Source of the DNA: the human T2T-CHM13v2.0 reference genome, Homo sapiens
Reading direction: 5' to 3' (one strand)
Assembly (NCBI RefSeq): GCF_009914755.1
Contig: NC_060937.1
DNA: 64,000 bases
Shown here: in pieces, positions 27,568-39,701 of the stretch
Position numbering within the stretch: the first letter of the stretch is position 1
How the letters are laid out: each line of letters starts with the position of its first letter
Position numbers and translations under genes: made by a program
The notes under the pieces: generated by a model
What the model was told of the DNA's origin: nothing
Seen by the model: the letters and a program-made list of their open reading frames with translations, nothing else
Databases searched by the model: none

Positions 27568-29228
27568 GGCTGTTTGAGCACTGGAGCAGAAAAATGCATT
27601 ATTTGCAAACTGGTGGATAATTTTGTGCCTTCTCTTCTGGCCACCAAGCCAGTGTAGAAACAGCAAAAATGTCATAAAAATTCTTATATTTAAAACAAAA
27701 ACAAAAGCAAAAACAAACATTGAATTAAATTAAGTTTTGTAATTTTAAACTTTAAAAACTTCTACTGAAAATATTTCCGCCAAATGCCATCAATATTTTA
27801 GACTGTACCTCGTTTGCAAAACTGCTTTGAGAGGGAAGAGTGGACAACTCCCATCAGCCTTATTCTCTTGAGAACTATATTTTGGTTCCTAGTAACAGCC
27901 TTTCCAAAGCTCTACTCTTGGTTTTTATTACTCATAAATGTTTAAATTAGAAAAGAAGGGACCTTGTACATGTGAAACCTAATTGACTCTCTATATTTTG
28001 GACAATTTATGTATCTGAAATGTGTTGTCTCTCTTATATGATGTTATTTTTGCCAGGAGACTACAGGTTGATTTAGCTTGATAGCTGAAATTTGATGGAA
28101 AACTGATTTCCATTTAGTCTTACCAAGTGTTGCTTCTCTCTTACTAGACAGATATCCACTTAGTAAAATCTAAAGCAGTATGTAAATGAAACCAGCAAAG
28201 AGAGTAGGGTTTATTTTATAAACATTCTTAATGCTAAGTAACCAGTTGTTCAATTTATTATATGTGTCTGAGGACATTAAAACACCATAAGATTGTAATA
28301 ATTGGTTGTGCCAATGTGTGAGGGATTTACCTTTAGGCTCTCTGTCACCAGTGATTTACTAGTGTTAGCTGTTTAACACATTATCTGTATTTAGTAGTGA
28401 TTATTTATTTACAAGTTGGTGGTAATTCAGCAGTCAGGACTCTAAGCTTTTATAGTTGAATTGAGGAAATCTCGCTTTTATTCATTTAGCTGGCAACTGC
28501 CTTTATTGCAGACCTCTGGTGCTTGGCTTTCAAGGAAGCCTATGAGATGCCAAAATCACACCTTTAGAGAGCACCTTGCTCTAATAGGTGATGCATGAGC
28601 AAACAGTGAGATTTGAAGGGGTTTTAACATAATTTAGAATGTGAAAAAAATATCAATTCATATCTTTCAAGTACTAACCCCTCAAAAAAGCCCACACATA
28701 CAAAATATGTGATGTGATACCACTTTGTCTTTTAGGTCTTTAAGTAACTGAAGTTAAGCACAGAAAAAAAAATCACTTCATGGAAATTTCAGTAAGAAAC
28801 CCAAACTTCTAAAAATTGCTTGCAGATGAGCTAAAAAAAAAAAAAAAAAAAAAGCAACAAAATAACCTTTTCATCAGAGTTAAAAGTAGTGAGAATCTGT
28901 TAGTTATACGTATACCAAAGTAAACATTAAAGAGACATATCATGCAATTTCAAAGAATTCTTTCATGCTATTTCTTAACCTGACATTTCTAACTTTATTG
29001 CAGGCAATATACAAAGATTGGCTCACTACTCCATAGGTTAATTGAATTCCTGGTTGAGAAACTAACTTGTTTTGTTTTCCAAAATTAGCTGAAATCTTGT
29101 AAAACATGACTTCCCTTTAAAGGATCTAGATATTGTTCAATTTAAAATATGGCACCATAAAAAAGTCATGTAGTAATAGAGCATATGCTTTTTTAGAACC
29201 AGGTTAAAAGCTGTTTGTTATCTAATAG

Positions 29229-29234
29229 AGTAAA
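29229..29234 (+). terminator. Candidate variant poly(A) signal AGTAAA
   Basis: Known hexamer variant preceded by U-rich sequence. Confidence 0.4.
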
Positions 29235-29603
29235 AGTTACTGAGGTCAACAGATAGACAGGTCTGGCATAATATATGCCCAGTCATAATAGTCTAATTAT
29301 ATTCTTTTGACAACAGACAGCATTCATCAGAGCACTAATTCGAATGAGAGTTTTGGCTATCAAGATGTGTTGATTCTAAATATTATTGAATGAGACCTGA
29401 TTAAAGTCTGACTTTCCTGGCCCCAGTGTTTTGCAGGTTGGCTATTTCCATTATCAGCCCATCACTCCATAAAGTTCTTAGCTGCACCAAGTGATTGGTG
29501 AACAAGGACAACAACAAAAGCAGCATACATTGTATGGATTTATCTCAACGCTATTGTTTAATGGCTGTGTTTAATGTGATCTATCTGGAAAATGAGGACT
29601 CCG

Positions 29604-29640
29604 AATAAAAAGCTATTACTAATAGTGGTGTTGCCTTCCC
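29604..29640 (+). terminator. Distal poly(A) signal AATAAA with GU-rich downstream element
   Basis: AATAAA at 29604-29609, 'gtggtgttgccttccc' about 16-30 nt downstream, and a TGTA upstream at ~29532. Confidence 0.6.
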
Positions 29641-30026
29641 TTGAATTCATTAACACAGAAGGGATGTGTTACACACTTCCCTGTGCATATCACAGGGACC
29701 CTGATCATAATTATTTTGGAAAAGCAAACTGTGGCATCACAGCTCATTTTGCTAGTTATCTGCTTGCCATTAAAATAAGACTTTTTTAAACAAAAATTAC
29801 TTGATAGTATCACCAGTTTCTCAATAGAAGTGGATTAACAATCTTTCACATAGCTTAGATAAATTGGCTAGTTAAATAATTACCAAAGGGTCATAGCCTA
29901 ATAATATTTGTGGTTTTAAATATTTACAATTAATATAAAGAGAATTTGGCATAAGATCTCAGAGGATTTCAGAAAAGTACATTTATAAGCTCTGTCATAA
30001 TCTTACATGACTAATGAAAGCAAATA

Positions 30027-30120
30027 GAATAGTCCTCTCTCATCCGCAGGGGAAACGTTCTGAGACCCCTAGTAAATGCCTGAAACTCCAGATAGTACAG
30101 AATCCAATATATACAATATG
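30027..30120 (+). mobile_element. TcMar-Tigger terminal fragment (MER44/Tigger7-like)
   Basis: 'tagtcctctctcatccgcaggggaaacgttctgagacccctagtaaatgcctgaaactccagatagtacagaatccaatatatac' resembles the Tigger-family 5' end. Confidence 0.65.
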
Positions 30121-31869
30121 TATAAATGGTATTTTAAAGTAAACACATATTTATCTTGGCATTTAAAAATAATAAACCTCCTTTTCTCCTCATTTAACAA
30201 GCATCTATTGCATTCCTACTATGTGTTTGCCTTGGGCTATGATGCCTCAGGAGTAAACACTAAAAAGGAATGGTGTCAGAGTTACTATCTTGTTGGACAA
30301 GTAATTAGGTACATTCTAATACACATTACTCTTTATAAATTAGATTTGGTCGTTTGCATTTTTTCTTAGTTAATCCACACATCCCACATATCTGCCATTT
30401 CACTAACTGAGTGACATCTTCTAAATTTCAAACTAGTGTAATATTCTTTTTGTTTGGAATTTTTTAAAATTTTACTTTTCTTCTAGCTGCATAACATATA
30501 TCATGAAGAGTGCATTGCTTTTCCATATCTAAGAAGATCTTTATAGGTTAGATTTATTGTTATAGATTAAATAACTTGCATATTTGTCCTTTTGTTCATT
30601 TATTTGCTTGCTTTTTCTTTTTTATTGAAGACCACTTATGCACTAGGTGCTATACAAGGATCCTAAGGTACAAAGAAGTGCTAAGCCAATTACATTTTGC
30701 CCTTAGAATATGTATAGTTTTTGCTTGGTGATATTTACTAACATAGAAATTGACCTTATTCTACCTTAACACTACTACTTAATACAAGTAATTTCATTAC
30801 ATAAAGAAAATAACTTTACTTTTAAGAACAGCAAAATCCATATGCTTACCATGCCATTCCTTCACTGCCCTCAAGTACACCAAGCTGATAACTGAGTTAC
30901 CTGAACAATCTGACCAGGGTTGAGGGCGTACTGAGTCTTTCAAATGAAGTTCCCTGTCTGGCTATGCTGCAATTAGGAGGAAACTGTGGAAGGGACATAT
31001 ATCACAGGCTTACTCGATATCAATGAAATGTTAAAGTCCTCCAGATAATATTTACTTAAGTAGGTATACTCACTAGATACAATTATTTGGCAATAGCAAT
31101 TAAATTAATTTGTAAAGACCAGTATAGCATCAATAAGGCACATACAAATAGATCAGCCAGCTAATGGACTATTTTAAAGCTCTTTATTACCTGCTTTTGG
31201 AGGTGGTGGATGCATATGGCTCACCAATGGCATGTATCATTTTCTGTTCATTTTAGACACTAATGATATTTTAAGAAATCTATTCTACATTAGGGATCAA
31301 ATTCTCAGTATTCCTAAAAGAGAGTGCAGCTTCTTTTAACGTTCTTCATTTTAAATATTTCAGAAAGAGTTATCAAAAAATAACTTAGGTTTTGGTCAAA
31401 CTATGGCAATAAGTATTTTACATGCAAGGAATAAGTAAGGGAGGGAAGATATTGGTGAGCTTTTACAAACTGTATATTACACAGATCAACTTACCGTTCA
31501 TTAACTCTAAATAGATGCTCTACTTTTTCTCTTACAAAATGAAACATCTCACTTTGAGAGGAATGATTTCCTATTTGTTCCACACTCCATTTCTTATATA
31601 CATTAAATTATTTAAAATAATCAAATAAACCACATTTTAATTATGATTCATATTTTAAAATATAGCTTTCTGAAGTTATGTAATTCAAATTACTTCATAA
31701 CATTTTCCAAAGATTGTAAGGAAAAAGAACCAAATTTTGAACCTTTTTTAATTAACTTCAAATAGATTATCATTAGATTTTGTTTAAAAAATTGGCATTC
31801 AGGGCTGCTCATATGAAGACTATGCTTACTTTCCTAAGGATAATTCAGAACCTAAATTAATAATAATAA

Positions 31870-32030
31870 ACTCTGCTTATAGAGCATATTTCAATTCACA
31901 GAACACTTTCACAAATTTTTAAGATATTATGGAAGTAAGGATTCTGAAGCTCAAAGAGGTCAATGGACTTATTCAAGGGCGACTAGGTAGGAAGCCTTAT
32001 ACCCAGACTTGAACTAAAAGTTCAATTGCT
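31870..32030 (-). mobile_element. MIR fragment
   Basis: 'aaggattctgaagctcaaagaggtcaatggacttattcaaggg' MIR core. Confidence 0.55.
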
Positions 32031-33294
32031 CCCCTTATCATAGACTTTGTGAATTCTGTAATCCTGCCATATTTAATATCTTACCCCTCTAGTATCTCCA
32101 ATGTATCATTTGAAACAATTTTTAAAATTATGCCACTAATATGATTGTCTTTTAAAATTCACCATTACATCATATACTTTAGATCATCTCTATGTTAATG
32201 GTTCTTAATGGTTCAGAATTGTTTCTCCAAGATTGCCTTCAATTTTTCATTGCCATTTTTAAAGATATTTCACAACATTGGTGGTATGGGCTCTAAAAAA
32301 TATTATGGCACATTAGAGATTTTAAGTGAGCTTGGTATATTTTCACCTGGAGGCAATTATGTAGACTGTATTGAGTTCCTTTATATCATAAAGTTTTGCA
32401 TATATAAATTAACAGGATTATCAATCGGCTTCTTAGAAACGATTATGTAAGTTCTAGTAATATTAAAAAGATATTTAAACATTACATCCATACATATGGG
32501 TTAAAATACACATACAAAAACAGGAGAGCCTAATAATTTCAGAAGCCAGTATCATAAAACAAAGGGGAAGGAGAAGTTAAGTAACAGCAGTATGGCTAAT
32601 AAATAAATAATGCATTTTAAAATGTCTGCCTTGCTTCATTTATATTAAATAAATGCAATTTTATTGCCTTCTTCAAAGATCAGATGAAAAGGTAATATTG
32701 CAATTGCTAGTAGTCACTTTCAGGGTGGTTAATCAAGTGAGGCTGGCCTGACTCTGAATTTAACTTACTAAAAAATTGTTTAATTTGTCTCCTTGTAACT
32801 TACAGAGCTCCATCTTATTCTGAAAAGATGCAGTAATACATTTCTAATGTTCTTTAAACACTACTTATTTTATATTTTAGAAATCTAAATTAAAATAGAT
32901 GGGATATTCACTCGTTTCATTGATCTGCTAAATACCAGTATACTACCTCTTTAACAATATTACGTCATATTTTGGTAGTATTTTCCCTTACCACTGCAGT
33001 TTAAATGCTGTCTTAAATTTAATAATCTGCTTTGAGATAAGATTTTTGAACTTTTATTTTATCCTTTCCCTTTAAGAATCAAATTTATGTCATATCTTTT
33101 TGTCCACAGTATTACTAAACATTCTATAATGATTGTCTACTATTTCCCATGTGATTATTATCTTATTTTCATCTTCATTTCATAATTTTCTCTCAATGAC
33201 AACTAAATATTATGTTGTCTTTCTCATCTATTTATTTCTCCATTAAAATAACTCCCATATGTCCACATGTTGTAAATCAATGATGGAAGTAGGA

Positions 33295-33608
<314 letters not shown>

Positions 33609-34164
33609 AATGATGGAAGTAGGAATGACCTACTCAATAATTACATTGGGTGAAAAATGTCCAAACTACTTATGTAAACCTGAAGGAAAACTAACAGTAG
33701 TATTTAGGTATAACCTACATGGAGTGTTAAAATGGACAAAATGCATTATAAAGTATAACAGGAAATATATGAAATGATAAACAGGTTAGAATGACAAATC
33801 TCAGATAAAATCTTTATGCAAGAGTGCCTAGCTATTTCATTTAAAGGTTGAAAAAGTGATAGAAAGTGAATTATCTTACTATATTATCACCAATTCCTAT
33901 GTATTAAGAAATCCTCATTTTAAGATTCACCATGTGAAGTGTTTGACTTTGATTTGAGGGTAGGAGAAGATAAACCTCTGAGATTATGTGCTTATGATTT
34001 CTTAACCTGCATTTCTTCCTAAAAGATTTCTACAATTCAAATGTTATATGTACTTCATTTCTTTCATTTTGCACAACTACGAAAATCTAGAGGAGGAAAG
34101 GAAATAAATGAATGGGTCAAATATGACTTCTCTGCTACCTTTCCTTCCAGAGATTGTACATCCC

Positions 34165-34530
34165 AATTCAATTCAACAGAAATTTATGGAGCATATATTG
34201 TATATTTTGACACCATGGGGCATACAAATATTAACTAGATATAGTCTTTGTCTCTCTAGAATTTATAATATACTGAGAAATGAAGATATTTACAAAATAC
34301 AGATTGTAGTTGGTACTATGAGAAAAGTACAAGTCACAGTGAGCAAAATTTTTTTCAAAAAAGAAAAAGCAAGTACTTTCAAGGGAGGAAATGAGAGGTC
34401 AAAAAGGGAATCAGTAACAGCTTCTTGGACACAGCAGCATTTGAATTGAGCATTTAAGGTAGGACAGGATTTTGGCAGCAGAGACTTACAGGAAATGCAT
34501 TCTGGAAGAAGAGAGAGGCGGCCTGTATAA
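34165..34530 (-). mobile_element. L2 3'-end fragment
   Basis: 'ttcaattcaacagaaatttatggagcatat...' L2 tail in reverse complement. Confidence 0.55.
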
Positions 34531-35269
34531 AGACATTTAAATAAAGTCAGGATATTTTCTGATTAAAGTTAAACAGGGTTAGAAAGGTAAGTTCGAATAA
34601 GGTGGGGATTGTTCCAAATGTGTCGCTTAGGGGATGTCACTGTGATGTCTATCCTAAGGAAGATCCTTAGCCAAGAGCCTTAAGTACACCTGAATTAGGC
34701 TCACTAGCTTGGAGAGTTCTGCAGAAGACTTGCCAAGCTGAATGTGAATTCAGGAAAATAACAGTAGGACAGCTTGCTGTTGCCTGGTAATCCATTCTTT
34801 ATAAGATGCTGCCTAATAGCACCTTGTTCTTGGGCCAGGTCCAACTATCTAGAGGCAATGCCAACTTTGCTGAATCTTGCAATTCTCAGCTTCAAGCCAT
34901 TATCAGAGTATTTATGTGTATGTTTCCAACTTCCCAGCAATAATTCTTCGTTTGAAATCTGAAATCATCTTTGAAGCTCTGGCAGACAGAGACAGAAGAG
35001 AGAGGTGAAGATCAAGGGCAGAAATGATAGGAAGGATGTCCATGCCTTGAAAAGTGCCTTTTAAATATCCCAGATCCTCCAAGCACCTCCTGAAATCTGC
35101 TGTGTGAATTCTGTTAGGTAGAATAATTTTATTCCTAGGAATTGTTTATGTATGTCCACTGTCCCAGGAACTCCCAAAGTTGATAGAGCTGTCCTGTCTT
35201 ATTCCTTCTATAATATTCTATATTTACTGGAGCTTGTACTAACTGGTATTTTGGCACAAAATAGAGAAT

Positions 35270-35491
35270 AAGTAGTTCCCAACTAGGGACAATTTTCCCC
35301 CTACAGATATTTGGCAGTATCTAGAGACAATTTTGATTGTTAAGACATGGGGATAGAGAAGTTGTTGATGCTTGCATCCAGTGGGTAGAGCCAGGGGTGC
35401 TACTAAGCACCCTACAATGCACAGGGCAGCCACCCACAACAAAGATTTATCTAGTCAAAAATGTCAGTAATGCCCAGCTTGAGAATTCGTG
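35270..35491 (+). mobile_element. MER20 (hAT-Charlie non-autonomous DNA transposon)
   Basis: 'catccagtgggtagagccaggggtgctactaagcaccctacaatgcacagggcagcc...acaacaaag...aaaatgtcagta...ttgagaa', about 220 bp. Confidence 0.88.
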
Positions 35492-35820
35492 CCATACAGA
35501 GAAAGGACATAGATAAGAAAAGAGGAGTGAACAACACTGGGCTTTGGATATTGAATATTAAATAGATTAACATGTTTTTGTTTTGTTTTGTTTTGTTTTC
35601 TAGAATTTAGAGAGAATTTCTGGAGATTCTTTCATTAGCATTCAGTACTTCTTCCCAACTTCCTGGGGATATATTATTCTCTGTAGATTGGCAGGGCCAG
35701 CGTCTCCCTGCAGCTGAGAGGGTTAGCTCAGGCCCTAGTCAGTACGAAAGCTCACATGTTGGTAGAATCGCTATGGAATGTAAGGGAAGGGCATTGCTTG
35801 AGATAACTGTTTCTCTACTC

Positions 35821-35821
<1 letters not shown>

Positions 35822-35858
<37 letters not shown>

Positions 35859-36139
35859 GATACGGGATCTCACTTTGTTGCCTAAGCTGGTGTGCAGTGG
35901 CATGATCTCAGCTCACTGCAACCTCTGCCTCCAGGTTCAAGCAATTCTCGTACCTCAACCTGCCAAGTAGCTGAGATTGCAGGTGTGCACGACCATGCCC
36001 GGCCAATTTTTGTACTTTCAGTAGAGACGGGGTTTCACCATGTTGGCCACGCTGGTCTCAAACTCCTGACCTCAAGCAATTCGCTCACCTCGACCTCCCA
36101 AACTGTTGGGATTACAGGCGTGAGCCATGGCACCTGGCC
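35822..36139 (-). mobile_element. Alu (older AluS, Sz-like)
   Basis: Full dimer in reverse complement with (TTTTC)n tail. Degenerate TSD ttctctactcct / ttctccacgcct. Confidence 0.9.
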
Positions 36140-37390
36140 TTCTCCACGCCTCTTGAAAGAATTTAAAATGGATTCCTTACGAAAGGCAGGTAAAACAAAA
36201 TTCCCAGCTATGAAAGGAGAGAAAATAATCTGCCTTTGGGACTCTCTCAAAGGTCTAGCCTTCTGTTGCGTTTTAGACAGATTGGCATGACCAACTTATT
36301 CTCCATCTGAAGTCACCTTAGTGTGTATGTGAAATCTGTCTCTACCATGACTTTGGGAGACTGTAGAGGCCAAATACTAAAAAGATAACAATGGTAGAGT
36401 GGTAGCAAATCAAGAAATGGCAATCTTCAAGCAGAAGTTAGCTAACCATATGTATCCCTGAATGCTGTAGAATGAGTAGAGATCTTTATTGATCTCTTAG
36501 GTATCTTCCAAGCATAAACACTGATTTTAATTCCTTCAAAGTAACACGTGGAACGCCAAAAAAAAAAAAAAGTCAGATTGACTTTCTAAATGAGGTGAGG
36601 GGAAGGTGAGTGCAAACGTTTCTTAAAAGTTTTTTTTGTCTTGACACATATTCTGTTTTACCCATCTGTAAGGCAGGGTAGGCGGTTCCAATGCACATTT
36701 TATGAATTTGAACTTGAAATGACTCTAGTTTTAAAATAATAATGGTAATGTGTTAAAAGGGTGACAAGAACTCCAGTGGCAAAGTTGAAAGTCTGCACAC
36801 TGACAGGCTAATTAATATAAATAGTAATTACCATAGCCAATCCACATTAGAGACTGGATTTTATTTGGCTAAGTATGCACTAAGTGTGTTAAAAATAAAG
36901 TTATTATACACTGCAGTGAATACTAGTATTACCGACAGACCAGGAACCCTGAAAATCAGATACTTTCACAAAGGGAGGCAGAAGAAAAGACTACAGCCTC
37001 AGCCTTGGGAATGATCCTTCCAGTGGAGACTCAGTAACCTCCCCAGCACATATACAAATGTGTGTATATCTTCCTATTTTAAAAAGCAATATAATTGTGA
37101 TCTACCACCACTGTTCAAGCTAATTTACTTCCTAATGGTTTATTTGCATAGTGAAATTTGCATTTTATTTTATAGCAAATGTTATTATTACTCCACCTGC
37201 CCTCTCTTAGATGGAACACCAAAACTAAGAGCGAAAATAGAAACAATTTAAGAAGAGAACAAATATTGGAAACACTTCAGTTAGGCATCCTCGCTTGACA
37301 ATACTGAATTTGGCAGCCAGGATAGGGCATGCCAAACCTTGATGCTTTCTACCTTTCGTGTATGAGTGTACCAGCTTTCCATTTCAATCA

Positions 37391-37465
37391 TCTCTCTCTC
37401 TGTTTCTCTGTCTCTCCGCCTCTCTCTCTCTCTCTCTGAGTGTGTGTGTGTGTGCACGCGCACGT
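37391..37465. repeat. Compound (CT)n-(GT)n-GCACGCGCACG microsatellite
   Basis: Direct reading. Confidence 0.9.
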
Positions 37466-37709
37466 CCAAGTACTTGTGTCTACTGTTGCAGTTCAATAAA
37501 GGTAATTTCCACAAGTGACACTAAGCCATACTAAGTTCATTGCGAGGGTGTATTCATACTGAGAAATGTTAAAGACAAGCAAGAAGTTACATGCAGGTGT
37601 AGAATGACTTACCAACCTTTAACATCACTCCTGCCTGCCTGACTTTTACTGGCCTCAGGCAGACAGGAGTCCAAACTGCAGATCACAGCCTAATATAAAA
37701 AGCATTGCT

Positions 37710-38097
<388 letters not shown>

Positions 38098-38722
38098 TCA
38101 TTATATATAAATAAACCTATGTATAAAAACCCATATATACATGTATATATATGGTTTTTTTCCTGCTTCAAAGTTCAAATTCTAGGGTGACAGCTGTCAT
38201 TTTAAAGGTGACTCACTATAGTCATTTAGAGGGTCCTGTAAGAGGTAGATAGGACTTTGTTTCCTGTGGAGCACTGACAGGTAATGATTCCCGACAGCTT
38301 TTTAATCATTTCAACAAACTTATACACATGTGTCAATTACCCTATTTGGGAAAGTTAACACAGCAATCAGAGAACGACAGGGTGCTGGAATTAAAAGAAA
38401 AAATATTCCATAAAATTTTTACATACAGAAAAGAAAATGCAGGTAAAAACATATTTGAAAGTTTATTTTTTTAATCCATAGGCAAAAACTCTGAATTTCC
38501 AATAATAAATTTCATATTTATGTTATTATTGATGATAATTCTTAGATGCTTCATAAATAAAAGTATTAGGGATAAAACTATAAAAATGTAACGAATTAAA
38601 TAAAACATTGAAGGCACATAATAAAGCAAAGTCATTTTTCTCTTTGAAAACTTTAATCATTGTACAATTAAAGGCTCCCAAATGAATGGAATAGGAAGTA
38701 TTTTCAGTTACAAAGTCACAGA

Positions 38723-39187
38723 AAGGAAGTAGAGGATGGTGAAGTCACGGACTCTGTGGCTTAACTACCTCAATTGGAATCATAACTCTCACCTACCACA
38801 CTCAACTACGTGCCCTTGTATCAGTTATAGGCAAAATAAAATCTTTGGGCCAAATCCATCCCCTCGTCTCTTTGTGTAAATTGACTAGAGGCCAGCTATG
38901 CCCACTTAATTTACTTATTGTCTTTGGCGGTTTTCCAGCTAAAGAGTTCACTCATTAGGACAAAACTGTATGTCCCCAAAAGCTAAAAAGATAACTATCT
39001 GGCCCTTTATGGAGGAAATTTCTTGGCTCTTAAATTATGTAACTGCTATGTACTTAATTTCTTAATATGCAAAATGTGAACGATAGCAGTAACTCCTAAG
39101 GTAATTGTAAGGAATAAATGAAGTAATACATGAAAAACTTGGAACTATTTGGACACATAATAATCTTTCAAGAAATGTTATCCATTA
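38723..39187 (+). mobile_element. MIR split by an inserted MER58A
   Basis: MIR 5' part at 38723-38820 and 3' part at 39032-39187 ('ttcttaatatgcaaaatg...gtaattgtaaggaataaatgaagtaatacatgaaaaac'). Confidence 0.65.
38822..39031 (+). mobile_element. MER58A (hAT-Charlie)
   Basis: 'gggccaaatcc...cagctatgcccac...ttacttattgtctttggc...actatctggccctttatggag'. Confidence 0.75.
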
Positions 39188-39552
39188 TTCCAAATGGGAT
39201 ATTCTCAGTAATATCAATCTATCCACACCTAATCGCAGTACATCACTTCAAAATCTTGTTGAAGGTCTTTGTCAGACAAATTGTTCTAAAACAAAACACA
39301 ACAAAACAATAACTATAACAAAACAATTCAAATATTGACTGAGTTTGTTGTAGTTTCCCAGCCATTATGAGCCACTATATTCCTTCCACATTAATAGCCA
39401 ATAAGTCACTTAAGCATTTACTATCATTATTTCGCCAGAACCCTGAAGGCCTTTACCTTGTTTGCCACTAGCTTGTAGGGGTATGTAGTCCATGGTCAAA
39501 TGCTTCTCAGTAAAGTTAAACAAGTGGCAGCTGGCACCATACAGCTCTGTTA

Positions 39553-39701
39553 TAATGAAAACATGAGGTGGCTGCCATTACACAGTCCTGCACTAATGAG
39601 AACAGTAGGAGGCTAGCATTACAATGGTCTAATGAAAACAGGAAATGGCTGGCATTAAATTGGTATAATAAAAACAGGAGGTGGCTAGCATTACCCTGGT
39701 A
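39553..39701. repeat. Diverged ~36-bp minisatellite, 4 clear copies
   Basis: Units 'taat(g/a)a(a/g)aaca...ggct.(g/c)catta' start at 39553, 39594, 39630 and 39666. Confidence 0.85.

Larger units (their letters stand above)
25609..29625 (+). other. PCDH17: 3' UTR of PCDH17 (longest inferred form)
   Basis: About 4 kb after the stop codon, AU-rich and without recognisable interspersed repeats. It ends near AATAAA at 29604 followed by a GU-rich element. The exact end is inferred. Confidence 0.7.

Noticed and set aside
37440-37465. Potential Z-DNA tract (GT)n-GCACGCGCACG
   Set aside because: Short, a common microsatellite end, and not near a promoter.
39553-39701. CRISPR-like repeat/spacer appearance
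   Set aside because: The DNA is primate, the repeats are degenerate, the 'spacers' are only 8-13 nt and related to each other, and there are no cas genes. Kept as a minisatellite.
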